A stretch of 44,028 nucleotides of DNA from Planctomycetota bacterium. Lineage in GTDB: Bacteria; Planctomycetota; GCA-002687715; DRQF01. The stretch spans positions 1 to 44,028 of the forward strand of contig JAJRYU010000465.1 in the NCBI GenBank assembly GCA_024275615.1. The letters run 5' to 3'. Shown here in pieces: positions 1-8,736 of this stretch; position 1 is the first letter of the stretch, and every line of letters begins with the position of its first letter. The position numbers were made by a program, and so were the translations under genes. The notes under the pieces are model-generated. The model worked only from the letters and a program-made list of their open reading frames with translations, searched no databases and had not been told where the DNA came from.

Positions 1-1922
1 GCACCCAAGAGGACATAGCCGAACTCAGTGATTTGAGTTTGGCGGATCTACTAGACATGGAGGTCACCTCGGTTTCGAAGAGCGCTCAGCCTCTTTCGAA
101 ATCGCCAGCTGCCATCTTTGTCGTGACCCAAGACGACATCCAAAGAGCTGGCGCACGGTCCATCCCAGAAGCTCTGCGTCTTGTTCCTGGCATTGAAGTG
201 GCTCAAATCAATCGCAATCGCTGGGCTGTCACGGCACGGGGATTCAATAGTGTCTTCGCCAGCAAGATGTTGGTTCTCATGGACGGACGCACTCTCTACA
301 CGCCCTTGTTTTCCGGTACTTTTTGGAATCAACAAACAACACCGGTGGAGAATATCGACCGCATCGAGGTCATTCGGGGACCTGGAGCCACACTTTGGGG
401 GGCGAATGCTGTTAACGGCATTATCAACATCATTACTAAGAAGGCGGAGGATACTCTGGGAGGACGCGTCAAGACTATCGTTGGCTCCAACAACATTGAA
501 GGCGTCTTCACTTACGGTACAAAGGTCGGCGAGGACGCTCACCTGCGTGTCTACGGCCAATATTTCGACCGCGACGACTATGTCGATGCAAACAACAAGG
601 ACACCAACGCCGATTGGAATATGGCGCAGTTTGGTTTCCGCCTCGACATGCTCCTCTCAAGCGTCGATGAGCTGACCGTTCAGGGTGACGTCTACAACGG
701 TAACGCCGAACAGACTATCGATATTTCCGATCCAACATCGCCAAACTTGGCCAACGTCTTGAACGACACGATCGCCTTGGCTGGTGCCAATCTCAATGCC
801 AAATGGACTCACAAAGTTAGCGATACTCAGGACCTGACTTTGCGCATTTATGTCGATCGCACTGAAAGAACAGATGGACTCTTCAAGGACACGCGCAATA
901 CCTATGACTTGGATTTCCAACATCGCTTCGCGCTGAGCGATTCTCACCAAGTGATCTGGGGGCTGGGATATCGCTACATTTCGGACGACATTGATGGTGG
1001 CTTCCAGATTTTTGCTGCTCCCTCTGATAGGCAGTATCAGATTTTCAACGCCTTCGTTAAGGACGAAATCAGCCTGGTTGAAAACGAACTCAAGCTCATC
1101 GTCGGCAGTAAGTTCTCACACAACGATTTCAGTGGCTTCGAAATTCAGCCGAGTGTTCGCCTCATTTGGACACCCGCAGCCGAGCACACCGTCTGGATCG
1201 CTGCTTCACGAGCTGTCGAGACTCCTCAACGGGCTCCGCAGGATCTAACCCTGAGGGTTGCTCCTGTCGATCTCGGCGGCGGACCGATCATCCCGCTGAT
1301 ACTTGCCAACCAGTACGCGCAGTCCATCGACATGCTGGCTTTCGAAGCTGGTTATCGCGTGCGGCCATTGGAGAATCTCTCATTCGACATTGCACTCTTT
1401 TACAATGACTACGATAACTTGGCCACTGATGACATCTTGGGGCCTTCCATCATTGGTGGCATTCCATTCCTTGTCGCCATCAATGACAACAAAGCTAAGG
1501 GTGAGTCCTGGGGTGTGGAGGTCGCTGCACAGTGGCGCCCCGTCGAATCCATCAAGCTCTCAGCAAGTTACAGTTTCATCGACGTCAGTATTCATGATGC
1601 AGGTTCGACTGACCCACAGTTCAACTCGGCTGAAGGAGCGAGCCCAAGTCATCGTGTGGTCTTCAGGGCTAATTGGGATATCACCGAAGATCTGCAATTC
1701 AATACGACGCTGTATTGGACTGACAACATTCGCTCACGTGACATTCCGAGTTTTTTCCGCGTTGATTTACAAATCAGATGGCAAGTCTTGGAGAATTTGG
1801 AAGCGGCTATAGGCGTTCGCAACCTCCTTGATGATCGTCACCCTGAATTCACAGGAACTTTTGGCCGGCGGTCTAGCGAAATCGAACGCACTGCATATTT
1901 CTGGTTGGACTTCACTTTCTAA
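1..1922 (+). CDS. TonB-dependent outer-membrane receptor, 5'-truncated by the window edge
   Basis: Frame 3 is open from nt 3 (TQEDIAELSDLSLADLLDMEVTSVSK...). Plug-domain motifs are present (IFVVTQDDIQRAG, SIPEALRLVPGIEV, VTARGFN, LVLMDGR, IDRIEVIRGPGATLWGANAVNGIINIITK). A long barrel region follows and the protein ends in an aromatic residue (YFWLDFTF*). No signal peptide lies inside the window, so the true start is upstream. Confidence 0.9.
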   Translation, partial: TQEDIAELSDLSLADLLDMEVTSVSKSAQPLSKSPAAIFVVTQDDIQRAGARSIPEALRLVPGIEVAQINRNRWAVTARGFNSVFASKMLVLMDGRTLYTPLFSGTFWNQQTTPVENIDRIEVIRGPGATLWGANAVNGIINIITKKAEDTLGGRVKTIVGSNNIEGVFTYGTKVGEDAHLRVYGQYFDRDDYVDANNKDTNADWNMAQFGFRLDMLLSSVDELTVQGDVYNGNAEQTIDISDPTSPNLANVLNDTIALAGANLNAKWTHKVSDTQDLTLRIYVDRTERTDGLFKDTRNTYDLDFQHRFALSDSHQVIWGLGYRYISDDIDGGFQIFAAPSDRQYQIFNAFVKDEISLVENELKLIVGSKFSHNDFSGFEIQPSVRLIWTPAAEHTVWIAASRAVETPQRAPQDLTLRVAPVDLGGGPIIPLILANQYAQSIDMLAFEAGYRVRPLENLSFDIALFYNDYDNLATDDILGPSIIGGIPFLVAINDNKAKGESWGVEVAAQWRPVESIKLSASYSFIDVSIHDAGSTDPQFNSAEGASPSHRVVFRANWDITEDLQFNTTLYWTDNIRSRDIPSFFRVDLQIRWQVLENLEAAIGVRNLLDDRHPEFTGTFGRRSSEIERTAYFWLDFTF

Positions 1923-2542
1923 TGACACTCTGGCATTCGACAAAGAGACCGAAACGAGGAGCACTCGCGCTTTTGTGCATTTTCGTGCTCGCAGTCGGCG
2001 GCCATGCAGTGAGCGATATCAGTCCAGTTGAAGAGGCCGAGGGACGCACAACAGATACCGGTTCGCTGCTCGACAACGAGTATCGCATCAAGGCCCTATT
2101 TATCTACCGGATCATCCGCTGGGTGACCTGGCCAAAACAGGCGCTTCCAGCGAAGTCCAAGACCATCGTCGTCGGCGTCGTGGGTAAAGACCCATTCGGC
2201 AAGAACCTTGACCTCTTATCAAAGCTGAAACCGATTAAGAAAAGAAAAATTGTCGTTAAGAGATTCAAGAACTTGAGTGATATCAGAAAGACACAGGTTT
2301 TGTTTGTCAGTAGTTCTCTCTCAGATGCCGAAGTAACAAGAGTCGTTGACCTTGCTCGAAGGAATTCCATTCTACTCGTTGGCGAAAAGAAGAAATTCGC
2401 TGACCAAGGAGGAATGATCAACCTTCTGATCGTGAACAAGAAGATCGCCTTCGAGGCGAACCCAAACGCAGTGAAAGCTGCCAAAATGAAGATCTCATCG
2501 CAGATCCTCAAGATGGCAGCGCGGATAGTGAAGAAGAAGTAG
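1922..2542 (+). CDS. YfiR/DUF4154-family periplasmic protein
   Basis: Its ATG overlaps the receptor stop (TAATG at 1920-1924). It has an N-terminal signal-like hydrophobic segment. The family-typical layout is present: [78 protein letters not shown]. Confidence 0.75.
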   Translation: MTLWHSTKRPKRGALALLCIFVLAVGGHAVSDISPVEEAEGRTTDTGSLLDNEYRIKALFIYRIIRWVTWPKQALPAKSKTIVVGVVGKDPFGKNLDLLSKLKPIKKRKIVVKRFKNLSDIRKTQVLFVSSSLSDAEVTRVVDLARRNSILLVGEKKKFADQGGMINLLIVNKKIAFEANPNAVKAAKMKISSQILKMAARIVKKK

Positions 2543-2543
2543 C

Positions 2544-4895
2544 GTGAGACATTTTCGCGACATTTCGATTCGAGCCAAAATCACATGGGTCATCATGTGC
2601 TCCTGCGTACTTGTGTTGACTCTGGCCTGCGGCGGCCTCTTTCTCGCCAACATGCGTATGCTCCGATCCAACAAGATCGATCAGGTCAAGACCATCGCTA
2701 AAGTCATCGCAACAAACGTCCGCGCCCCACTCCAGTTCGAATTGAAGGATGACGCCGAGGCTGGGCTCAGTGTCTTGAAGGAACAATCCCACGTCATCAA
2801 TTGCGTCGTCCTCGACGTAAACGGTGAGCCTTTTGCCTCTTACACTCGCAAGCAGAGCGAACCATGGGAACCGAAGAAACTCAATCAAAAAGGTGCTCAG
2901 TTCACTGACGATACGGTTTCCGTGACTCAGTTGGTTCAATTGGATGGCCAGATCTTGGGGCACATTGCAATCCGCAGTGACAGAAGTGATGAAAAACTAC
3001 TCCGGGGTCGCCTCGTTCAAATGGCGCTCCTGCTTATGGTCACCATCTTGGGCTTGGCCTACCTCTTGGCCATGCGCATGCAGAAGATCATCTCTGATCC
3101 GATTGCCAGTCTCTCGAGTGTGGCTGTGCGCATCTCGGAGAACAAGGACTATTCATTGCGGGCCCAGAAACTGGGCAATGATGAAATTGGCCGGCTCGTT
3201 GAATTGTTCAACTTGATGTTGGCTCGTATTCAACAAAGAGATGTTGAACTCGCCAACTACAGCAATAACTTAGAGAGTGAAGTCGAAGAGAGAACCTTCG
3301 AACTCATCCAACTCAACAAGAATTTGGTCCGGGCCAAAGAGAGAGCAGAAGAAGGGACGCGATCGAAATCAGAATTCTTGGCCAACATGAGTCACGAAAT
3401 TAGAACGCCACTCAATGGCATCATTGGGATGACAGAACTAGCTCTCGATACCGACTTGGACGATGAGCAAAAAGAATACCTTGAGATCGTCGACTCTTCG
3501 GCTGAAGCGCTCTTGATCATCATCAATGACATTCTCGACTTCTCCAAGATTGAAGCAGGCCGCATGGAACTTGACCTGCACAAATTCAGTATCCACGATC
3601 ACGTTTGCGATACTGCGCGTGTTCTTGCGCATTCGGCGAATGCCAAGAATGTACGTATGCTCTGCCGCTCTGAACCGACCATCGCCACAATCGTAAATGG
3701 CGACTCAGCAAAGCTAAGACAGATCTTGATCAATCTGATCGGCAATGCCATCAAGTTCACAGACAAAGGTAGCGTCGCTGTTGAAGTCGAGCGCCAATCG
3801 GAAGAGAACGGTATTATCGACCTTCACTTCATGGTGAAAGATAGCGGCATCGGCATTGCCGAAGACCAACTCGAAGCGATCTTCTCGCCCTTCATCCAAG
3901 CAGACGGTTCAACGACACGGCAGTATGGTGGAACTGGCCTCGGCTTGGCAATTTCGAAACAACTCGTCAATCTGATGGATGGCAAGATTTGGGCCGAAAG
4001 CAAACCAGGTTCCGGTAGTACGTTCCATTTCACTGCGAAAGTTGAAAGAGCAAGTGAAAGCGACGGCCCGATGGACAGCGGAAGCAACAACCCTCAGATG
4101 GAGGGTCTGCCCGTCCTCGTTATAGAGAGCGACGAAACGGAAACGCGCAATCTCGACGAACTACTCAGGTCGTGGAAACTCAAGCCTGATTTTGTTTCAG
4201 ACCTTCCATCGCTGCTCTCAAAACTGTCTGAACAGACACAACATGCCTCAAACTACGAAGTGGCTATCGTTGATTTGGATCTCGATTCCAAATCGTGCGA
4301 TGAATTCATCAAGACCATCGACGAGGCAGCCGGTCCGAAACCCCGCGTCATCACGGTCGGAGGCCAGCTAAGAGGAGGCGAGCTGACGAACAAGAGCCCT
4401 CTGCATCTCTTCAGGCCATTCAAAGCGTCAGAACTTTACAATCTGTTGCTCCAAGCACTCAACCAAGTCGACGAAAAGGAAGACTCCGTGGTAGAAATCG
4501 AAATCACACCGCCACGCTCAGATAGTCCCAAGAAGGGACGCGTGCTTGTGGTAGAAGACAACCTGATCAATCAGAAACTCATTGTCAGCATGTTGCACAA
4601 ATGGGGATTTGAAACATTCTTGGCTGAGAACGGTGCGATCGCCCTCGACATGACTGAAGCCGACGACGACTTCGACATGATTCTCATGGATCTACAGATG
4701 CCAGTCATGGGGGGCTTAGACGCCACTCACGAACTTCGAGAACGTGGCGTTGAGATCCCTATCGTAGCGGTGACGGCCAACGCCATGAAAGGCGATCGCG
4801 AGATCTGCATCGACGCTGGTATGGACGACTATGTGTCCAAGCCCATCAAGCCGGAAGTCCTTCGTGAGGTGATCGGCAAGTATTTTGGCGACTAA
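2544..4895 (+). CDS. Hybrid sensor histidine kinase (periplasmic sensor, HAMP, HisKA, HATPase, degenerate receiver, canonical receiver)
   Basis: The GTG start lies 1 nt after the yfiR-like stop. Two TM helices flank a periplasmic domain of about 130 aa, which looks CHASE8-like by eye. HAMP ([28 protein letters not shown]), H-box ([16 protein letters not shown]), N/G boxes ([32 protein letters not shown]) and a C-terminal receiver ([24 protein letters not shown]) are present. A middle receiver-like domain lacks the acidic pair. Confidence 0.9.
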   Translation: MRHFRDISIRAKITWVIMCSCVLVLTLACGGLFLANMRMLRSNKIDQVKTIAKVIATNVRAPLQFELKDDAEAGLSVLKEQSHVINCVVLDVNGEPFASYTRKQSEPWEPKKLNQKGAQFTDDTVSVTQLVQLDGQILGHIAIRSDRSDEKLLRGRLVQMALLLMVTILGLAYLLAMRMQKIISDPIASLSSVAVRISENKDYSLRAQKLGNDEIGRLVELFNLMLARIQQRDVELANYSNNLESEVEERTFELIQLNKNLVRAKERAEEGTRSKSEFLANMSHEIRTPLNGIIGMTELALDTDLDDEQKEYLEIVDSSAEALLIIINDILDFSKIEAGRMELDLHKFSIHDHVCDTARVLAHSANAKNVRMLCRSEPTIATIVNGDSAKLRQILINLIGNAIKFTDKGSVAVEVERQSEENGIIDLHFMVKDSGIGIAEDQLEAIFSPFIQADGSTTRQYGGTGLGLAISKQLVNLMDGKIWAESKPGSGSTFHFTAKVERASESDGPMDSGSNNPQMEGLPVLVIESDETETRNLDELLRSWKLKPDFVSDLPSLLSKLSEQTQHASNYEVAIVDLDLDSKSCDEFIKTIDEAAGPKPRVITVGGQLRGGELTNKSPLHLFRPFKASELYNLLLQALNQVDEKEDSVVEIEITPPRSDSPKKGRVLVVEDNLINQKLIVSMLHKWGFETFLAENGAIALDMTEADDDFDMILMDLQMPVMGGLDATHELRERGVEIPIVAVTANAMKGDREICIDAGMDDYVSKPIKPEVLREVIGKYFGD

Positions 4896-4905
4896 CCACA
4901 CTCGT

Positions 4906-4960
4906 CACGACCTTGCGGCCAAGGGCAGCAGCATAGCGCCTAACCTCGTCGTCATTCGCC
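4906..4960 (+). repeat. Intergenic repeat, copy A (partner at 41511-41565 in inverted orientation)
   Basis: 46 of 55 nt are identical to the reverse complement of 41511-41565. This includes a perfect 17-mer, ggcagcagcatagcgcc (4924-4940). The copy begins 11 nt after the kinase stop codon. Confidence 0.8.
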
Positions 4961-5129
4961 GCTCACGACCGATGGACGCTCGCCGCTCATTCCTCGAATT
5001 CGAGCACACCGCTGCCATTGAACATTCAAGAGCAATCATGAATGAATCGGAGAGTTGACCTTTGAGTCCGACTCAGTGCAAACGCACAAATCGTGACCGC
5101 AATTGAGCCCGATCCAATGAGTCGGAACG

Positions 5130-6050
5130 CTATCCTCGCTCAACAGGAATTTGGGCATGAAGTTCAAAGTACTTGGTGCCATGGGCGAACGGGCGGCCAA
5201 TAAAGGACTCGAAACATGGTTGTGCAGACGGTACGTAGCCACTCGTTGGCAGCCATGTCCCGAAGAGCCAGTCTAGAGCACGTACTTCCAATTCGACTGA
5301 ACCTTTGAGCTCGACCTCTGCCACCAACATGGCTGGAAAACTGAGACTGCCGATTTCGCCTTCAGATTCAAAGTGATCAATTTCAAGCCCTATGTCGTAA
5401 CGACAATCCTTGAGGGCAACGATTTCCGGGTCGTCCCACATGTAGCCGAGCCATTGACCGTCGGCCAAGCCGCGGTTTTCCGCCCAAACAATTAAGCGTT
5501 CCGCAGCGCCAGCGACAGCGTCGATGTGGTAGGGATCCAGGATACGAATGTAGGCGACGGTGCGAGCAGGAAGCTCGCGCATGTTGACCACAAAACCATC
5601 TGGATTCTCGCCAGGTGACAAGCGGTCCAAGTGAAAGCCAGTATCTGCCAAGGTGGCGGCGTTCAATTCTGCTCGCTTCTTTTCGCGATGCCCCAAAATG
5701 TCGTAGCGACTTGGTGGTGCGCCATAGGCCTGTTTGAAGACCCGAGAAAAATTTGAAGGAGACACAAAACCGCAGGCCAATGCAATCTGTGTTATCGACT
5801 TCCTTGGGTCACGAGTCAACATGCTCATGGCACGTTCAAGCCTGACGCGAGTAATGAAATCTGCTAGGGTTTCCCCCATCAGAGAACGGAAGACTCGGTG
5901 AAAATGAAAGGGTGAAAAGCAAGCAACTCGAGCAACGTCATCCAGCTTGATTGGCCGACTCAATTGCTCAAGAACGAAGTCAATCGCCCAGTTCACACGT
6001 TGGACATAGTCCGGTGGCGACTTCGGCCCATTTTCGACAATCTCTTCCAT
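5130..6050 (-). CDS. AraC-family transcriptional regulator with a C-terminal GyrI-like effector-binding domain
   Basis: The HTH_AraC region reads LDDVARVACFSPFHFHRVFRSLMGETLADFITRVRLERA..ITQIALACGFVSPSNFSRVFKQAYGAPPSRY. The C-terminal half is GyrI/Bmr-like. The ORF is open to 6191, but that N-terminal extension is Arg/Cys-rich and unlike protein. I prefer the ATG at 6050 (MEEIVENG...). Confidence 0.8.
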   Translation of the reverse strand: MEEIVENGPKSPPDYVQRVNWAIDFVLEQLSRPIKLDDVARVACFSPFHFHRVFRSLMGETLADFITRVRLERAMSMLTRDPRKSITQIALACGFVSPSNFSRVFKQAYGAPPSRYDILGHREKKRAELNAATLADTGFHLDRLSPGENPDGFVVNMRELPARTVAYIRILDPYHIDAVAGAAERLIVWAENRGLADGQWLGYMWDDPEIVALKDCRYDIGLEIDHFESEGEIGSLSFPAMLVAEVELKGSVELEVRALDWLFGTWLPTSGYVPSAQPCFESFIGRPFAHGTKYFELHAQIPVERG

Positions 6051-6285
6051 GCTTGCACGAACCCTTGGTCGAAAAGACAACAGCGGCCAAAAATCTCTAT
6101 GACAGCAAGACCTGGAAAAAGTCGGTCTGTTTCGCAAGATTTGACAAGCAGAGTAGTAGCGCCTTCGATAGACTGCAACCATAGAATCCAATAAACCCAG
6201 TCGAAATATTCTCCTGCTTTATGCGCGTGCATGTCCGCCAATACCGGACACTCGAGGAAGCAGCAATCATGAGGAACGATCTTTT

Positions 6286-6780
6286 ATGTATAACTTGAAC
6301 GTCTTTCTTGTTGTCGGGCTCGTCGCTCTTTTGTCTTTCAGATCTTCTCCAAGTGAAGCTGGGACAGCACCTGCTGACAATCAGAAGGTCAACAAGTTAC
6401 AATTAGGCGCGTTTTCAGTCAGCCTTGCGGTCAAGGACATCGCCAAATCACGTGCCTTCTATGAGAAACTCGGCTTCAAGAAGTTCCATGGTGTTCAGAA
6501 ACAAAATTGGCTGATCATGAAGAACGGCGATTGCGTCATCGGGTTGTTCCAAGGCATGTTCAAGAAGAACATCATGACATTCAATCCAGGCTGGAATCAA
6601 AACAAGGAGACTCTCAAGCAGTTTACTGACGTGCGTGACATTCAACGTAGTCTGAAGAAATCTGGCTTGAAATTGACGAATGAAGCAGACGAGTCAAAGA
6701 CCGGACCTGCGAGCTTCGTTCTTGAGGATCCTGACGGCAACAGCATCCTTTTTGATCAACACGTCAAGAAGGCGAAATAG
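6286..6780 (+). CDS. Secreted VOC/glyoxalase-fold protein
   Basis: It has a signal peptide (MYNLNVFLVVGLVALLSF..SEA). VOC-like motifs are present: LGAFSVSLAVKDIAKSRAFYEKLGF, GDCVIGLFQG, ASFVLEDPDGNSILFDQH. It is divergent from the AraC/GyrI regulator. Confidence 0.7.
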   Translation: MYNLNVFLVVGLVALLSFRSSPSEAGTAPADNQKVNKLQLGAFSVSLAVKDIAKSRAFYEKLGFKKFHGVQKQNWLIMKNGDCVIGLFQGMFKKNIMTFNPGWNQNKETLKQFTDVRDIQRSLKKSGLKLTNEADESKTGPASFVLEDPDGNSILFDQHVKKAK

Positions 6781-6807
6781 TCGCGACGTCGATCATCACT
6801 TTCACGA

Positions 6808-6837
6808 GCCACTGGTAATTGCCAGCGGCTTTTTCTC
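6808..6837 (+). terminator. Candidate rho-independent terminator after the VOC gene
   Basis: The arms gccactgg and ccagcggc form an 8-bp stem with one A.C mismatch and a 6-nt loop (taattg). The stem is followed directly by TTTTTCTC. Confidence 0.5.
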
Positions 6838-6927
6838 GGTCCTCTTTGAGTCGCAAGATGGTTGATGCGCGTTCTTGGCGTCGTACGCCAGCGGATGAAC
6901 CAATTAGGAAAGAAAGGAGAATCAACG

Positions 6928-7095
6928 ATGAAGAACAAGCACATATTCATCTTCCTCACCGTCATGCTTGCCCTCATTGTATTCTTCACTTGGCTCATGT
7001 TCTGGCTGAAAAGGGAATCGACTGGCATCGAGGTTGGAAGCAACGTGAGTTTGCAGTTTGTAAACAAAAATGATGATGGGCATTCTTTGGGTTAG
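6928..7095 (+). CDS. Small hypothetical membrane protein (55 aa)
   Basis: The ATG is preceded by a strong RBS (gaaAGGAGaatcaacgATG). There is one clear TM helix (IFIFLTVMLALIVFFTWLMFWL). I recognise no homology. The longer ORF-track version (6862) lacks an RBS. Confidence 0.4.
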   Translation: MKNKHIFIFLTVMLALIVFFTWLMFWLKRESTGIEVGSNVSLQFVNKNDDGHSLG

Positions 7096-7254
7096 ATCGC
7101 CACACTCGTCAAATCACCACAAATCAATGGCACTCGCCTGAACCTCATCGCGGATTCGTCCCCACAAGAGCTGAGGAGCAATCAAGTTTGGGGGTAGCTC
7201 GGCTTTTCTTGACCTGGGGTCTGGTGTTACACCTTTGGCAACAAGGGAGCGCTC

Positions 7255-8736
7255 GTGTCAACATCAAGTGAATATCATAATGCAACCAAGTATGACCCCG
7301 AGACGATCGGCAATATGCCCGAAGTGGACTGGAGCGCTCAACCCAGGCCTTTCAAGGAATTTCATTCCAAGACGCGCGTGGAATTGCGGCCACACCTCCT
7401 CTTAGCACGTGACGAAGAAGACGACCGGCCAATCCTCCAACAACCTGATCCGACTTCACCCGACTATGAATTGAGCAGGCTGGCAACCTTGCTCCTCCAC
7501 ATCAACGGAGTGACGGCGCAACAACCGACTCACGACGAACCGGTGTTCTTTCGATCTGCGCCTTCAGCTGGTGCACTCTACCCCACTGAGATCTATGTCG
7601 CTCTCCGCCAAGTCAACAATGTTGAAGATGGGATTTACAACTTCCAAGTCAAGGACCACACTTTGGCACCCGTCTTGGAAGGCGACTACTGGCGCGACCT
7701 GCAAGCCCACACGAATGAACCTCTATCCTTGGGGACTGCCAAGATCGTCATCTTGTTGAGTGCCGTTTTTCTTCGGTCGAGCTGGCGCTACCACGACCGC
7801 GCTTATCGCCGCATCCTCTTGGACACAGGACACGTGCTTGGCAACCTCATGACTTTCGGAAGCGAGCTTGGTTACGCTCCGACGACAATCAGCCACTTCA
7901 ACGATCAAGCCATTGATGAGATGATGTTTTTCAACAAGGAGGCTGAGTCAACCTTGATCTTGGCCGCGCTGCCTGATGACACAGCCCCGGTCGAACCCTT
8001 GGGTGTCAGTACTGCAATCACAGGGAATCTAGTCGAGAACAACATCCAAAGAGTGCATCAGGCGGCCATGATCACGGCCCAAGAGTCACCGTCCACACGC
8101 CCCAAGATGCCTGAGCCCTTGGTGGGCAGCACCGCTCAACTCACCTTTGCATTGAGTCGCCGCCCCATCTCTTGGGAAGACGACCTGGGCCCGACAATCC
8201 TCCTCCGGCGATCAACCAGAACATTCACTGGTGCCACCATGACGAGCGAACAGTTGGGAATGATCTTGGGTTTCGGATATCGCGGAATCAAAGCGGACAA
8301 GAGCGGTCAGTTTCTTGATCCAGCTCGCATTGCCACATACTTGTCGGTCCATCGAGTCGAAGGATTAGACGCGGGGCTTTACCGCTACGATCCCTGTAAT
8401 TCACGTGTACTTCTACTGCGCCGGGGTTATTTTGCTCGCGAAGATTGCGAGATCGGGCTCGGACAAGAACTCATGCGAGATGCCAGTGTCATTGTCTATC
8501 ATCTCGCCGACATAGACGATGCTGTGACATCCACGGGCGAGCGTGCCTATCGCTATCTGAACCTAGATGCCGGTCACATTGGTCAACGTATCAATTTGGC
8601 GGCCCTCAAGCTCGATCTTGGGGTCAGTGGTATCGGCGGGTACTTTGACGACCAAGTCAACGAACTTTTTCATCGCCCACTCACCGAAGGTGTCATCTAC
8701 GCCACGTGCATTGGCCAACCTCAACCGCAGGGCTAA
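7255..8736 (+). CDS. SagB/ThcOx-type dehydrogenase with tandem nitroreductase-like domains
   Basis: The GTG start has an RBS (aaGGGAGcgctcGTG). The N-terminal half carries the SagB signature ([32 protein letters not shown]). The C-terminal half is nitroreductase-like ([36 protein letters not shown]). Confidence 0.8.
   Translation: MSTSSEYHNATKYDPETIGNMPEVDWSAQPRPFKEFHSKTRVELRPHLLLARDEEDDRPILQQPDPTSPDYELSRLATLLLHINGVTAQQPTHDEPVFFRSAPSAGALYPTEIYVALRQVNNVEDGIYNFQVKDHTLAPVLEGDYWRDLQAHTNEPLSLGTAKIVILLSAVFLRSSWRYHDRAYRRILLDTGHVLGNLMTFGSELGYAPTTISHFNDQAIDEMMFFNKEAESTLILAALPDDTAPVEPLGVSTAITGNLVENNIQRVHQAAMITAQESPSTRPKMPEPLVGSTAQLTFALSRRPISWEDDLGPTILLRRSTRTFTGATMTSEQLGMILGFGYRGIKADKSGQFLDPARIATYLSVHRVEGLDAGLYRYDPCNSRVLLLRRGYFAREDCEIGLGQELMRDASVIVYHLADIDDAVTSTGERAYRYLNLDAGHIGQRINLAALKLDLGVSGIGGYFDDQVNELFHRPLTEGVIYATCIGQPQPQG

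Noticed and set aside
51-560. There are many ORFs of 60-200 aa on the strand opposite to, or out of frame with, large genes. Examples are 51-560 (-), 11306-11773 (-), 20707-21180 (+), 23327-23953 (-), 32697-33215 (-) and 36658-37218 (+).
   Set aside because: They lie wholly inside well-supported genes. Their translations are Arg/Ser/Cys-rich and low in complexity, they lack an RBS, and they have no recognisable motifs. They are typical shadow ORFs.
4938-4944. GCCTAAC inside repeat copy A resembles the RYYYAAC core of an integron attC site.
   Set aside because: There is no matching GTTRRRY inverse core downstream, no integrase in the window, and the flanking genes are ordinary chromosomal genes.
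4993-5004. A 12-bp perfect palindrome, CTCGAATTCGAG, lies in the kinase-AraC intergenic region.
   Set aside because: About ten palindromes of this size are expected by chance in a window this long, and there is no supporting context.
4885-5058. A 57-aa TTG-initiated ORF spans repeat copy A. There is an apparent peptide-level match between the two repeat copies (L[AT]AKGSSIAP[NG]LVVIR), with several differences at third codon positions.
   Set aside because: Copy B has no start codon and only 36 codons between stops. The shared frame is in phase with the upstream gene in copy B but +1 in copy A. Seven substitutions are too few to demonstrate purifying selection. A non-coding repeat is the simpler reading.
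6928-7095. The 55-aa ORF upstream of the SagB-like gene could be a RiPP (TOMM) precursor.
   Set aside because: It is a single-TM peptide without a Cys/Ser/Thr-rich core, and no cyclodehydratase is present.
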